From assembly GCA_038087875.1 (NCBI GenBank), contig CM075994.1, forward strand, positions 5,954,001-6,018,000: a stretch of DNA of 64,000 bases, read 5' to 3'. This document shows, in pieces, positions 12,223 through 26,260 of the stretch. Every line of letters starts with the position of its first letter. Position 1 is the stretch's first letter. The notes under the pieces were generated by a model, which was not told where the DNA came from, searched no databases, and saw only the letters and a program-made list of their open reading frames with translations. The position numbers and the translations under genes were made by a program. This DNA is from Malacoraja senta (Eukaryota).

Positions 12223-12835
12223 ATTCCACCGAATGTCCATCAGGAAAAGAAAATGTATTCACATCTGTGGGATGTTAACATTATCGTATCTACTTTTCGT
12301 TTTATGGTCATGTTTTTCCTCTATCTAACGGTGCTTTGCGATTTGTATACTGACTCGACAGCACGCGACTGGATAGCACTCAACAAAAACCTTTTCACTG
12401 TAACTGGGTTCACGTGACAATAAACTAAATGAACTGAACTAAATCAGTTTTAGACGTGAAACGAATGTGGCAAACAATAGCACATGAAACAAGAGAAAAA
12501 TGGTAAACTGTGTTTTTTTTAATGACGTATTAATTACAAGATGTGTCATTGTGTCCCGCTGCTCTGATGTGTCATTAATGTCTCAGTGGGCTGATTACCA
12601 GCCTTATCACAGCCTTGGAAAAGAGGAGAGAGAAAATACACCAGTCTTAAATTTGTTAACGAAATATATATTCCAAATACTGCCAATAAAATAAGATCGC
12701 CTCTAACAACGGACATCGTTCTAGAATACGAAACGGCTGTATTAACGCAGAGAAATCTATCATTAATATTGATTTTACATTTCGAAATTCTTTCGCCATT
12801 TGATAATAATTATGTTTTCCCTCTGCCCGTTAAAG

Positions 12836-12859
12836 ACGTGCTAGTAGAAACAAATGCAG
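12836..12859 (+). CDS. Putative 24-nt phase-1 micro-exon, (D)VLVETNA
   Basis: tgttttccctctgcccgttaaag acceptor, CAG/gtaaag donor, open. Confidence 0.5.
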
Positions 12860-12984
12860 GTAAAGGAAGATAAAGCACTACTTTTCATTGGTGCGAATAT
12901 AATTGATATACAAGAAACATAATTTCATGGGTCACACTTAATTGTGATACTCCACTTCAAGCGTCGGAGAGTTTTTAGTTGCCA

Positions 12985-13560
12985 TAAGGGCATAAGGGAT
13001 AGAAGCAGGATTAGGCCATACAGCCTATCAAGCCTGCTCCGCCATTCAATCATGGCTGACCTAGCTCTCCCTCCGAAACCCATTCTCCTGCCTGTTCCCC
13101 ATATCCCATGACACATGTACTAATCATGAATATATTGAACTCTGCCTTCAAAATATCCATTGGCTTGGCCTCCACCCCCTTCTGTGGCAAATAATTCCAC
13201 AGATTTACCACAGTCTGACTGAAGAAATTCCTCTAAATCTCCTTCCGAAAGGAAAGTCCTTTAATTCTGAGGCTATGTCCTCTAGTCGTAGACTCTCCCG
13301 CTTCTTCTTTCGTGCCCAACTTCCATGTTTCAAATGTTGACATCGCTGTCATCTTCCGTCCTGAAAAGGGCGCAAGCATCCGGCGACTATCAGTGGGAGC
13401 CATCACTTGTTGCAATAGATGATGGTGGTGGCATAATTAGCACGGGATATTACCAGTTTCCAGCCCCGCGACGTGAATGCTTCTAGTATGGGGCCAGACT
13501 CTCCCATTAATGGAAACATCCATTCCTCATCCACTCTATCCAGCCCTTGCACTTAATCGG
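12985..13560 (-). mobile_element. CR1 3' fragment interrupted by a short retroposon
   Basis: TRGHSLRIKG motif and CR1 tail on the minus strand. Confidence 0.8.
13300..13495 (-). mobile_element. Short retroposon with (GAA)n tail, possibly Ingi/Vingi-related
   Basis: 10-bp TSD agactctccc at 13290-13299 and 13496-13505; minus-strand end ..ggcacgaaagaagaag. Confidence 0.6.
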
Positions 13561-14378
13561 TAGGTCTGCTTTGTGACATCGTCGCATTGGACCCGCGGAG
13601 AGTTATTTCAATATGGTCGCACTTCATCTATGAACATATAGACACTTTAAATCTGAAGAATGAAAATCGGGATTCTTCCCGGCGTGTTGAGCAATTGCAG
13701 AATTTACTGTTTGTGTGTGAAAACTGTTGACTAGCCAGACAGCGGGTGGAAAATATCACGATTGTTAATATTCGCAAGCTTCGAAAACTGTCCGTGCTGC
13801 CCACAGAGGAAGCTCCTTCCCCATCGTCGTAGCCATCGTTTAGCATATTATACGCATTTAATTCTGCCAGGCAATAGTTTGTCTGCGAATACATTGCCCA
13901 TGTTTACTTAAACTGGTCCATCGATTGTCGATAATTGACTACTTTCGGCATCGAAAGATAAAACGTTAATCATTTTTCATGATCTCAAATCTGCGCATTT
14001 AATTTAGTTTTTGTGGTGCAAATGGTAACACACAGTTTGAGTAAGACGGGTAAACCAGATAACAAGCTAACGTTCATTAAATCCTGAATTTAAATGGAAG
14101 TGCATTGCCGATGGAACTGGTACACTTGGCTGCTTCCTCGGAAAACAATAGTTCTCCACGTCTCTCTCACGGCTAAACCCTGAATGAACAATACACTTGA
14201 AATATCTGTCTCCAATACTTATACATGTTTTGTGTACGTTTTGAGTAAAATTCTCTGTGCGCATAAATATCAGGAAATGCAGTTACTTGTATTCACAGAT
14301 ATTCAAAGCACCCGAGAAGTCAGTTATTGTTGATCGTTCGTGTAAGTTTAATTTGATTTTGCAATCATTTTTTTTTAG

Positions 14379-14405
14379 AATTGGAAAAACTTATTGTGGA
14401 GAGCA
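14379..14405 (+). CDS. Putative 27-nt phase-1 micro-exon, (E)LEKLIVES
   Basis: tcatttttttttag acceptor, GCA/gtgagt donor. Confidence 0.65.
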
Positions 14406-14581
14406 GTGAGTACCGACCTTTTAAAATAATCACATTTTCTGAAAGATAAATATGCACTTAAATGAGAATTATAGTCCAGGATATTTTACATGTGATGCAT
14501 GGATCTGTTTTATCTAGTTTTATTTTATGTTGCCTAATGATCGGAGATAATAATAGTTTGTTTTTTTAATCGTTCTTACAG

Positions 14582-14608
14582 TGAAACAAATGCTTGGAAA
14601 AGATATGG
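14582..14608 (+). CDS. Putative 27-nt phase-1 micro-exon, (M)KQMLGKDM
   Basis: tttttttaatcgttcttacag acceptor, TGG/gtaatt donor; resembles DKLLKQKDE exon. Confidence 0.65.
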
Positions 14609-15212
14609 GTAATTTTTACCCTCTATCAGTAAATACATTTCAGAATATACGTTGTTTATTTTTATTGATGTGAACTTTCCAAAAGAAATGCATCGAATAG
14701 TAAGCTAATCATGCCGTATGTGAGGCTCAATAGGTAACTTAATTATATAAACATTCAACATCTGTATCGGATCAGCAACAATTATTCTGGAATACGCTTA
14801 TACACATAGAGCAGGATAAATGGCTTGACATGAAGCAAATACACTAGTATATTTTACCATCGGATGCGGTATTATTAACACATGGTTGGGTTTTCCACTG
14901 AGCTAATTAATCCATAACGCCCTCCTGCTTCTGGCGACATTGCAATTCTACCCTTGATGGAACCCAATAATTGTCTGGGAACTGACATCAAGTTCCATAT
15001 GTCTATTGCTCTATTGCATGATTGCTTCGATATGCATCGTCTTAAAAGGGGAAATCGATCTTAGAAATGATGCTCATAAATGATGACCTATGCAACAAAT
15101 AGCTGTGTCGTCATTCAAAAGTCAACTACTGAGGATTTAAATATTTATACTTCAAAAGTCTACATTATACACATGGAATAACCTGACATTGTGTAATATT
15201 TTATTTCATAAG

Positions 15213-15245
15213 AGATTGAATTTCTCAAGTTAAAGATGTCAAACA
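15213..15245 (+). CDS. Putative 33-nt phase-1 micro-exon, (E)IEFLKLKMSN
   Basis: ttttatttcataag acceptor, ACA/gtaagg donor; paralogous to EIRYLRKQM and EILELKKQI exons. Confidence 0.6.
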
Positions 15246-16634
15246 GTAAGGAATGTATTACTTCTACTAAATTAAAACTGCGCGATTGTTTCACTTCTAC
15301 TTTCAACCAGAAAACATATTTGTGTAATTTGCTCAATGACCGGATTCTATTGTCCCCTGTGGCTGACGCAGTTGATAATTTGTATGTATTTCTAATGTCC
15401 CTTGGTCTCTGAATGGAAACATTAATTATCTTGTGTAGGATATATAATTTCAGCTAATATATTTGCCTTTCCTCTTCAATAATCCTTTAAAGATGAATGA
15501 GCATCAAAGTTCTGTTTCACATTGCTCTGGAGTTATCATTTGGACACATTTGTTGTGCATTATTTAATTGTGAAGGACATAAGTGACGGAAATTATTGGC
15601 AACCAGTTTATTTATTTCGTATTCATATCTCTATTAGATTCATTACATTGGCTGTAATGGCAATGTGCACAATGGAAGAACTGAAGACTCAGTGTGTTAT
15701 ATAGAATAATATGCTTCCAAAACACATTGAAAACTGCATTTGAATCTTATTGCAATAATGTTAGAATATTAAACATTGTACCTCGAGAAGTTAGGACATA
15801 TTTTCAATGAATGATATTTGTTTTAAATGTCTCTGTATGGGACTGAATCGCAGTAAATGCAAGGGGCTGGTTGCAGGAATATTAAACGAAATACACTTAT
15901 TGTCATTATTAACATTACCGAGTCGCTCATCAAGATAAAGATGGATTAAATTGCAAGGAGGACGAATAAAACGTGTGTCAGGATGATTCTTATGCAAAAA
16001 TATCTGCTAAACAATTTTTCAGATTTTCCAAATGCCCTTTGAAATAACAGTTTTCGCCAAAAGACGTAGGCTACAGCCGTACGGGAAGGTCATGAAATGC
16101 TGTTGATAATTTAAGCATTAGCGCTTACAAGACGGCACTCTATCATAACGTTAACGGGTCCACAAAAATTAACTCACGCCTTCCAAGATGTGACTGTCAC
16201 AAGCATTCGCAAGGAGGGGCAGCGTGGTTGCGTAACACTTCATTATGGATGTTTTAACTTAAAGTTGAACTAAATTGATTTTGAAAATGAAGACTTTGAC
16301 TAATGATGCTCAAGTAATATTTCGGATTGTAATGCAAGACAACATTAGAAAAGTGATTTGGATCTTAATAATACGGATTTGTTTTGAGCAACATAATTAA
16401 ACCAAAGTTGTTTACAGGTGATTTTACTCCCCCATGAAAGAGTTTAGTTTAATTAAATATGCGAAATTGGTTCGTATTTCCTCGTTGTTTATTGATGTGG
16501 AAAGTCCATATTTCTTGTAGTCGTATTATATCACAACTGGAAAACCAAACTGAAAACTTGTAGATATAACTCGCTGCAGTCTACCACATTACAGATTGTA
16601 TTTCATCGTTAAGCATTTACATATTTTTTCTCAG

Positions 16635-16652
16635 AAAGCAGAAGCGACATGG
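16635..16652 (+). CDS. Putative 18-nt phase-1 micro-exon, (K)SRSDM
   Basis: atattttttctcag acceptor, TGG/gtaagt consensus donor. Confidence 0.65.
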
Positions 16653-16890
16653 GTAAGTTACCAGCATTGTTTATCATGCTTGATATCACATGAACGGATC
16701 ATAAAGTGACGCACTCCATGCAACGGCAGATTTTTCATATCTTTCGCGAAACGAATTCTCTAGCGGCTATTTGGATGAGAATTGATAAGGGGAATATCTT
16801 CGATACGCATGCAAGCTTCCTCAGAGACCTTCAGAGCTTCTTCACTCATAAAGCTTCAACAAGCAGTCTTTTGTTGAATAAATGCTTTAT

Positions 16891-17201
16891 TGTTGATGGT
16901 AAACAGCAAGATACATCCAAGTTTCTTCCGACTCGTTACTGCAATCTTCCTTGAATTCCGACTTGCAACTTTAAACATTACAAAACTCCTCGTGTCTCCG
17001 TAACATTGACATGGTCGAAGGATGAACATTCTCCATCGTCTCTCCAAACTAATCTAAAAACTAGAGTTCTGCGCTAGCATCTAAGCTCCAAACACGCCCC
17101 AAAACACGTCATAAATCCCACCCACAATATAACGGGCAGTCTAAAATTAAAGGCACATGCCATCATCAGTGACATGCAAAACAGGCCAAATGGCCACTAC
17201 A
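16891..17201 (-). repeat. Probable 3' LTR of the BEL element
   Basis: Starts TGTAGT right after the PPT on the minus strand and ends ..ATCAACA; distal boundary inferred because no second LTR is available to compare. Confidence 0.55.
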
Positions 17202-17293
17202 TACCGCCCCCTAATTGTTCCGAGTAACTAACGAGGCAATTACCAATAAACATTTTTTTAAAGTGGCCCTAAAGGCTATACATATATCAAAAG

Positions 17294-17365
17294 CAAAATG
17301 TCATGGAATTAAACCCCGGTCTACTGCGTGACAGGCGGGGTGGCCAACCACTATACTACCGAGGA
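17294..17365 (-). pseudogene. tRNA-Asp(GTC)-like sequence in the BEL 3' UTR
   Basis: Minus strand TCCTCGGTAGTATAGTGGTTGGCCACCCCGCCTGTCACGCAGTAGACCGGGGTTTAATTCCATGACA; A box, GTC anticodon loop, decayed B box, broken acceptor stem. Confidence 0.8.
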
Positions 17366-20300
17366 AAATAGCATGCACTATATATTCGCAATCATGGCTC
17401 TTCATCGACTCTTCCATCTTCACGTTCGCCTTCTAGAAGCAAGCACAACTTGGTTATTGGTCTTATTAAAACATTGTTTTTTTTGTTTAAAGTCGTACCA
17501 TACGCACCAAACCCTCAACGTCAGGCATGATTTCTAGTATTCTTCCCATCAACCAAGAACCTCGTGATGCTGTGGAGTCAGCCTTGATAACCCAATATTG
17601 TTTACGAAGTTGGGATAACATATAATTTCTTCCTCCATGTCCAACTTGTTCATGAATATGTCGTGATAATAATGTCGTTATGTAAAAGTCCTTTGAGAGA
17701 ATGATAGGACGTTTAGTTTTTTCGGGCATTGCCAATTTGTTTAGGCGACCACCCATCTGCTGAAAACCTTCCTCCCAGACTGGGTCGAGCTTGTACAATT
17801 GACTGTTTCTTTTTACCCCCTGTCCTCCAGCTTCCAATGTTAGTATTTCTTCTTTGTATTTCTGTCTTTGACAGAAAGAGATGGTCGCATTTTCCGCCTT
17901 GAGGAGATCATCAAGATGTAAACCCTGAACGCCATATGAAGCTTCAAAAACTTGCATCTGGCCTTCAATCTCTCCTTTCCGTTTATCAGGATTCTCTTCC
18001 AGGATACTCTCTGTAATTTGTCTCCTTTTCCGAGCCGCCAGCAATAATCTTGTTTTTATTTTAAGAAACCAGGCTACGGAAGTTATCAATTTATTCCATG
18101 CTGAAAAGTGGGTAATTAAATTGTTCACGGTGTCATATGAGTCTTTAGCAATCACATTCACCGAAATGTTTTGTTTAATTTCCGGATCATTTACAGATAT
18201 TTCAAATCCGAGTTCAAGCTTTGGCCATTCTCTGCTTGGTTCACAAAGAAACTTTAGCCCGTGGATCCATCTACTGTTATATAGAAATCAATTTCCTGTT
18301 AATCCTCTAGAGGCTTCGTCCGCGGGATTTTCTTTTGTGCTAACATATCTCCAATGAGAAACATTAGTAGCTCCCAATACAAAAGAGACTCTATTTGCTA
18401 CAGATGACATAAAGCGTTTGTTTTCATTATTGATGTATTTCAGAACCGTAGTGCTATCGGTCCAGAAGATAGATTCTTCCAGTTGAAATTGTAGTTCCTT
18501 TTGCAGCATTATGTCAATTTTAACAGCTAAGCCTGCTGCTGTAAGTTCCATTCTGGGAATGGTCATTTGGTTCAGTGGTGCCACTCTGGCTTTTCCCATT
18601 AAGAATTCAACATGCATTTCATGCAGTCTTAAACATGAAACAGTCCCGTAACCACTTTCACTGGCATCCGAAAAATGATGCAATTGTGCACCTGATCTTA
18701 CCAAAGTTTTTAGGCTTTATGCACCGATCCACCTTAAACTTTGAAATGTTATGGAGGCCTGTTAACCATTCTGTCCAACGGTGCGAGGATGTTTGAGTTA
18801 TGCCCTCATCCCATCCAAGTTTTCCTTACAAAGATTTTGTAAAATTAACTTGGCTGGCAGTGTAAATGGTGCAAGAAATCCCAAAGTGTCGTATACTGAG
18901 CCAATCACAGATAAGATACCCCTTCTTGTACATGGTCGCTCCTGGATCGACAATTTAAACTTAAACACATCCGTCTCCACGCACCAGTGCAGTCCCAGTG
19001 CCCTTTCCATTGGCAAAATGTTTTTATCTAAATCTAACTCCTTGGTTTCTTCAGCTCTATCATCCGGTGGAATGCTTTCCAATACAACACCATTTGAATT
19101 GCCTCCTGCTCAGTAGATATGGATTTTAGGCAATCGTCCACGTAGAAATTATTTTTCAAAGTGGAAATTACCTCCTCTGGGAAATAATCTTTATTATCCT
19201 CTGCCGTCTTCCTTAAAGCGAAATTCGCACAACTTGGAGATGACACCGCTCCAAAAAGGTGTACTTTCATCCGGTAATCAACAAGATCTTGCTGCACATC
19301 CCCTTCAGGTCACCATAAGAATCGCAGGTAATCAATATGTTTACCAGCTACTTTCACTTGATGAAACATCGATCTGATGTCAGCCATTAAAGCAATCGGT
19401 TCTTGCCTAAATTTGATGAGAACTCCAATGAGTGAATTGGTAAGGTCTGGACCTTGCAGTAGTTCACTGTTAAGCGATGTACCTTTAAAGACTTTAGCAC
19501 AGTCAAAGATCACCCTCAATGTCCCTTTCTTTGAGTGATCCACCCCATGGTGCGGAATATACCAGAGCTCTCCATCACCTCGATATAATTGATTCGTTGG
19601 TACCATTTCGGCATTATCATTATTAATCATATCCTGTAAGAAGGATATATATTCCTCTTGAAATTTCGTGTACTTAGCAAACTTACGTTTCAAATTCTGG
19701 ATACGCTGTTCAGCCATATGACGATTATTCGGTAAACTAACACTTTCTTGCTTGAAAGGTAAGTCCAAACAATAATGTCCATTAATCATCTTAATTGAAT
19801 AGTTCATAATATCCAAGAATTATAATTCTTCTCTGGACATTTCTTCAGATTCTTTGCTGGTACTTTCATTGAAGTCATGACTATATTACTTTATTAACAG
19901 CTTTTCCAATTTACCCGTAGATATTTGATTAACAGCAACAGCACGGCAGTTCACCTGGCTAACGTTTCCATTATTCTTGCTCAAGGAGCCATAGATAACC
20001 CATCCAAGTAGGGTATTCACAGCATACGGTCCATCCCCTTGGCTCCTAACAATCTGTATACATTCTAATGCTTTCAGAGCATTCGTTCCAATAAGCAAGT
20101 CAATATCAGAATTTATCTTTGATATTTTCACATCATTCAGGTAAGGCCATTGCTTTAAGTCTTCACATCTGGGTATATTCTGACGCCCAACATGCATAGT
20201 TCCACGTGTAAAAACTTCTGAAATAGGAATAAAATTATCTTCATCCAAACTGGATATCTCCATATTTGTAATGTAATGACTAGGGTACTCTTTCTCTTTA

Positions 20301-23300
20301 TTCGTGGTACGCATTTGAATTTTAACTTTCTCTCCAGTAATGTCCAGCCTTCTCATCAAATTCTCTGTACAAAAAGTAGCTGAACTTCCGAGGTCCAGAA
20401 ATGCATATGTTTGCAACACTACATTTGTTTCCCTATTTCTCACTTGTACTGGTAAGATAGAGAAAATGCTTGCTTCAACCCCGGCCCCAGTATGAGCAGT
20501 TACTTGACGCGAGGTGACAGTATTAATAGCAGCTGACTCCTCCTTCACCTCTGCATGGTCCGGCTCTTTCTTTACAGGGTGAAGCACATCAGGATGATTC
20601 TGCTTACACTTGTCACAAATTATTGGGCACTTACAGTTTTTTACCATGTGCCCCTTCTTTAGACATCCATAGCAGGTTCCATTTCTTTTTTAAAAGTACA
20701 TCTTTTCTTCACATTTCTTCTCTTTAAATTTACGACACCATGGTGTGACCCACTTCATCACAAAACTGACAAAATCCCTTCTTCTTAATAGTCGGCGCAT
20801 CTTCTATGGCTCCACCTGTCGTCTTCTTGGGTATTATAGTGGTAGCAAAATTGCTTTTCTTAGGCCCTGTTCTTTCTTTAGTTTTGGTAAAGGTAGAATC
20901 TTTATAAGTTGCAAGTGGTCTGCGATCTTCAATAGTTCCGTGGTACGAGTCTAACATGTACCGTACTTCTCTTTCTAAAAATTCCACCAGGTCTGGCAGC
21001 CTGGCTGCTTGTCTGCTCTCATCTCGTATTTTGCCAGCTTCATCTATCCACTTTTCTCTCATTCTTCTTGGCAACTTGCTAATGATGATTCTAATATTAC
21101 TCGCAAGATTCATTTCCTCCATGTAGCCGAGATTTTTCATCGAGCTGCAACAATCTCTCAGAAATATTGCATAATCACTCAATTTTTCCCCATCTTCTGG
21201 CTTGATTTCTTTCCAAGCATGGGCCTTCTCAATGTATGCGATTGCGATCCTCTGTTCATCACCAAAACGTTCTTCACGTAATCTTCTCGCCTTTTTTATA
21301 GCCCTGGTTGCCTGGCTTCTTCTGACAACTGTTAACAAGTACCTTCACACTTCCACTTGTGTACTTCAACAGAAATCTTAAGCGCTCTTTTCCATCCTTA
21401 ACTTTCGTCTCTAATTCCCCCACTAGTGCTCTTACGAAAGTTTCATACTCCAAAGGATCTCCACCATACGTAGGAATTTCTACTGGTAGTAGAATGAGAG
21501 AGATATTTTGTCGAGCTATAATCTCGTTGAATTCTGTTTCCCTATTCAACAGTGCCAATAATCCATCCTGATTCCCTTAGCTTGACTCCACCTGTTGCTA
21601 AACAGGTCTTGGCTCAAACTGGCTTGCTCGAGCCCGTGCTTTAGGCCTTGGAAAAGCGTGGTCCGCTATTGGTCTATCTCGAGCTTGTACGGATGCTCCA
21701 ATAGTAGTTGGTTTCAATTTAGCACCCATTTGCTGAGATGAAGTTTTACCCAACATATTTAGGTTCTCCAAGCCAAGGTATCCGGTCGACCTTGACCGTG
21801 GAATCGATCCAACTGCCAATTCACTCTGAGCATTTTTCTTCTTGGTCTAGAGCTCATCGTCTTCGACGATCTAGAGCATCATCTTGACCCCTCATTTTCC
21901 ATTATGTCCTTCTTGGCTTTGGCCACCGCCATCGTTGTATCTAATTCCAGTTGTTCCTTACGTCCCCTCAGCTCCTCCTGCTGTCGCGTCATCTCTTCCT
22001 TCCTCTGATCGTTCCGTTGTCTCATCTCTTCTTCTTGTCGCGTTATCTCTTCTTTTTGTCTCTCCGTGACTTCTTGATCCCGCTCGATCTCATGTTTTTT
22101 CTTCATGGCATCCGCTTCTATTGAGAGCGCAGCTAACTCAGCTTTAACTTCCAATTGAGCAGAAGCCCTCGAAACCGAACTGGCTGAGCAACCATATCTG
22201 CGGCCTGATCTTCGTGAAGATACCTTTGAGATACTGTCTCCCGGTGCAATATCATTACCTTCTTATTCTTCTTCTTCTTCTTCTGCTTGCTTAGCATCTC
22301 CTTTTCTGTAACATTCACTTTGGCCAACTTCAGCTAACCATGTTTCTGCAACTTCCATGGATTCATCATAAGACTCCGTATTTTCTGAATACCACTTATA
22401 ATGACTTTGACATTCCTCTTGAGATCGCTCTGCTTCCAGCAGTGTGTCCTGCTTTTCTTTAAGGTCATTATTAAGGCTACGTATCAGGCGTAATTTATCC
22501 TTCACATTCTCCAGGTAAGCTTCTGATTCCATGGCTACCTTCACACTTTCAAGTAGCCTTCTAATCCTCTTCCACAACTTGTTTCTATCTGATTCGGTTT
22601 CCTTGAGAACATGAAGTCGACCTTTCTCAGTGAGTTTAACGTGTCTGGCTGGTCTTCTGGTGCATACTGGTGCTCCATCAATCACGAAACTTCCTCCCAC
22701 TTCTTCGCTCATAGTTTAAAGAGGTCTTGGCAGATCGCCAAGTCTTAAAATTATGCGAAAGGAGTAGTCTGCTGGCTTGTTCTTGTATTTTGTCAACAAT
22801 TCTGTCTTAAAGCCTAACAAACTGAGATGGTTTTGAACTTCTCTAACATCCAGGTGCAAAAAGATGATGCCAATTCAAATGGAATTCATGCTTTCACAGG
22901 ATTCAAAACAATCCAAGGTCGGTCTGGCTGGAATCTCTCTTCCACAGACAAATTGAGAAAAACGTTTTCTGATGGCTCTGTTATAAGCAGCCTTTTATTT
23001 GCCGTATAAAATTAAAGCTGTAATAATTCAGTCATAATTGATTTGTACTCACAAATCCACAGATACCTCTTCAGATAAGTCTCGATGCTGTCGATAGACC
23101 TCAAGGCCTCATCTGGCCGAGGTCTTTATCTTCAGTTCCTCCTAGAACCAGTCTTCTTCTGGCTAAGCCTCACCGAGATTTGAAATTATGATGCTTTGTT
23201 TGGTTAGATTTTTTTAAGTACACCCATCCCTCTATTGTTTTATGTGAGATAAATAGGATATACTTTGCGTCGAATCAAATTTCCCGTGTTGATTTCCCCT

Positions 23301-24988
23301 GCAACCTATTCACATTTGCGCACAATCGGATTTCCTCGTTTCTACCTGTCATCTGTATTTTTATGACAGCCATTGAACTCTACCAACCTGCGCATGACTC
23401 AGCAGCTCGGCTAAACGCGTCACTGCCATTCTGTTTAATTAAAATTCCGTATAAAGGCGAAGCCAACGTCCAAAACGCATTATTTTGTCACTTTAATATA
23501 TTTGTAAAATGAGATTAGTTACGTTACGGCCACTGGAACCAGTGAACCACCCGGAGACTTTTCTGACATCAGCAGACGGGAACAAAATAACTACGTGCTG
23601 TAAATGATTATGTTACACAGATCTGGAGATTAAATTCATCTTTAATTATAGTACATAGTATAGCGGTACAGCAGATTGTTAGTTGCTAATTAATCATCAC
23701 CGCTTCCAAGACTACATAATGTAGGAAGTGGGTGTTAATATAAATCATACAGTAAGGTGGGGTTATTGATGCTACTCTACTATGATTGGTTCGCATGCAA
23801 TAACCAATCTACATCCTTCCCTGTAAAGAGCGAATATAGTTAAGCACATGTAAGACGCGCGAATTTAAACATACCCGCCGTATCTGTCAGGCGGTCTACT
23901 AATACGACCCTAACGCGTACGGACCAACCCCTCTCCTACCGCACCAGAAAAGTTAGTGGGTGGGGGAGGCATTGAACCCGGAGGGGAGAAAGCAGCTGGG
24001 GGCACTTTAGGCGAAAGATAGGGTGAGCATGCGGGAGAGGTAGTGTTGTTGTTAGACAGGGACGCCGGTCGAGGCGGAGAACGGGACACGCTGGGACTAG
24101 GGATGGCAGCAGCAGCAGCAGACGGTTTGAACATCAGAGGAGGAGCAAAGGGATCGGCTGGTGGCGGTCGAGGTTCTTTTACAAGCAGCAAGTGTTGGCG
24201 GCTCCGCCTGTACAGGGCACCATCGACGTTGACAAGGTAGGAGCGGGGTTCCTAATACGGGCCAACAACGAAACCTAGACGGGAATGTCCCACAGTAGTC
24301 TGCAAACGGACGACGTGGCCCTGTAGTAGTGGTTTCAGCGGTTTGATGGACTTGTCATAGGATCGTTTCTGGATGTTGTGTTTCTCCAGGATGTGCTTCT
24401 GGACCGCGGCTGGTTTAAACACTTGTGGCACCAGCTTCTGCTGGGCAATTGGTATCGGAGGTCGTGTTGTCCTAGACATCAGTCGTTGTGCTGGTGAGCC
24501 TAGGACCCTGTCTCTAGTGATGGTTCTGTGGTTTAAAAGGTCCAGATACACATCCGACTTGCCCAGGTGGGAGCATTCCATTAGTTGGTTTGCGCACCTG
24601 ACGGCCTGTTCAGCGAGCCCGTTACTTTGAGTGTATTCAGGGCTGCTTGTGACATGGTGGAAGTTCCATCGGTTGGCAAAGTGTTTGAATGCGTGACTGG
24701 TAAATTGTCTTCCGTTGTCAGTTTGCAGGCGGACTGGTGCGCCGAATGTGGAAAAGTGTTTCTGTAGCTTTTGAATGACCATTTCTGATGTGATGGTGGG
24801 CAGTAAATCGAGTTCGAACCAGTTAGAGTAGGAGTCGACCAGGACTAAATAGTGTTTACCGTCCCATTCGAAAATGTCTGCTGCCAGCGACGTCCAGGGC
24901 ATTGCAGGTGGGGGTTGTTGTAGCAGAGGCTGTTTCTGTTGGTGTGGTGCCAAACTGTTGCAGATGGGACAGGAGGCAGCATCTGTCC

Positions 24989-25595
24989 TTTTTAAAAAAA
25001 ATATTAGAAGCAAATGTACAAAAATAGAATCAACGGCATATGAAATAATACAGTTATTGTACAGCTTTACGTTTACCTTTAAGCTATAGTTGGAAGAAAA
25101 GAAAGGAGAAAAAGCAAGAAAGAGAAAAAGTGAAATGTGCAAAGATAGAACCCCTAGACTACCAAAGTGGTGTAGCCAAAGAGTGAATAAATGAAAGAAA
25201 GAAGAGAGGAATAGAAAAATAAGAAAAATAAAAGGACAAAAAGAGAAAGAAAGAAAAAAGTGGTGATATACCTGCCTCTCATCCCTCCCCACCCACCTCA
25301 CCCAACCCGTAATTAGATTTAAGTCCAGTTGTTTTGTACCATACTATCCTTGTAATAAATCAATGAATGGTGTCCTTGTCTTCGAAAAATGATCTGGTTT
25401 TTCTGCCAAGACAAGTCTAATATTTTCAAGATGTAGCTTCTCGGACACGTTCATAATCCACATCTTAAGAGTAGGGACTGATGTATGTTTCCAAAATGTA
25501 AGTATTCGTTTTTTCGCCGTTATCAGGCCATAATTAAGGAAACGTTTGAAATAATGATAGCTCAGAGCAGGCTTCTAACGTACCTAGAATGATCA
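24989..25595 (-). mobile_element. L1 3' fragment inside Gypsy (copy 1)
   Basis: T/CT-rich L1-type 3' UTR and ORF2 C-terminal remnant on the minus strand; paralog at 29793-30423. Confidence 0.75.
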
Positions 25596-26260
25596 ATCGG
25601 CAGATGTTTGAAGGCAGGTTGCGCCCAGCCCGATTGTGAGGCATCACAGGTTATCGTAACAGGACGCTTCAGGTCGAAGAATGTCAAGGTGGGAGCGCAG
25701 GCCAGCTTGGTTTAAAAAAATCAAATACTTGTTGATGCTGCTGGTACCAGGTCCACTGAGTGTCCTTTCGGGTGCGTTGTCTCAGTGGCGAACTTAGTTC
25801 GCTGAGATTCGGTATGAACTTTCCCAGATAGTTCACCATACCCAGAAATCGTTGAAGGGTTAAATCGTCGGTGGGGGCTGGCATCTCTCTGATGGCAGCA
25901 GTTTTCTTCGGGTCGGGCTTGAGGCCCTCAGAAGTGAACACGTTTCCGACATAGGGGACCTCTGGAACCCGCAACTTGCATTTATTAGGGTTGAATTTCA
26001 GCTTGTTCTCACGTGCCCTGTCCATAATACGCTTTAGGTTGATGTCATGCTCCGTTGCGTCTTTGCCATAAACCAGGATGTCATCTACGATGATGGCACA
26101 CGGTAGTCCTTCGAACATCTGTTCCATGGTTCTTTGAAAAACCTCGCTGGCCGGGTTGATGCCGAATGGCATCCTAAGAAATTTGAATCTGCCGAATGGT
26201 GTGGCAAGCGTGGTGAGGTTTGATGACTCGTCATCCAGTGGTATCTGCCAAAACGAGCTT

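Larger units (their letters stand above)
16891..23180 (-). mobile_element. Decayed BEL/Pao LTR retrotransposon (gag-pol from ATG 22712; integrase core deleted; 5' LTR not seen)
   Basis: TYAFLDLGS protease, LWYIPHH..LRVIFD, HLFGAVSSPSCANFAL, FYVDD, LHHFSDASE..YG, FWTDS, NPADEASRG, RPITKLC; PPT ttagggggcggta at 17202-17214. Confidence 0.92.

Noticed and set aside
12454..12502. Candidate exon DVKRMWQTIAHETREK (ag..gtaaac)
   Set aside because: 49 nt, not frame-preserving, and the acceptor is weak; would fit only with a 1-nt error in the A-run
13564..13730. Open frame with helical-looking peptide (..LNLKNENRDSSRRVEQLQNLL..)
   Set aside because: No convincing splice sites and it ends in a stop; likely chance
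23370..23456. 87-nt open phase-1 segment in the duplicated spacer
   Set aside because: Donor is gcgaag in copy 1 and weak gtgaag in copy 2; peptide is not coiled-coil-like
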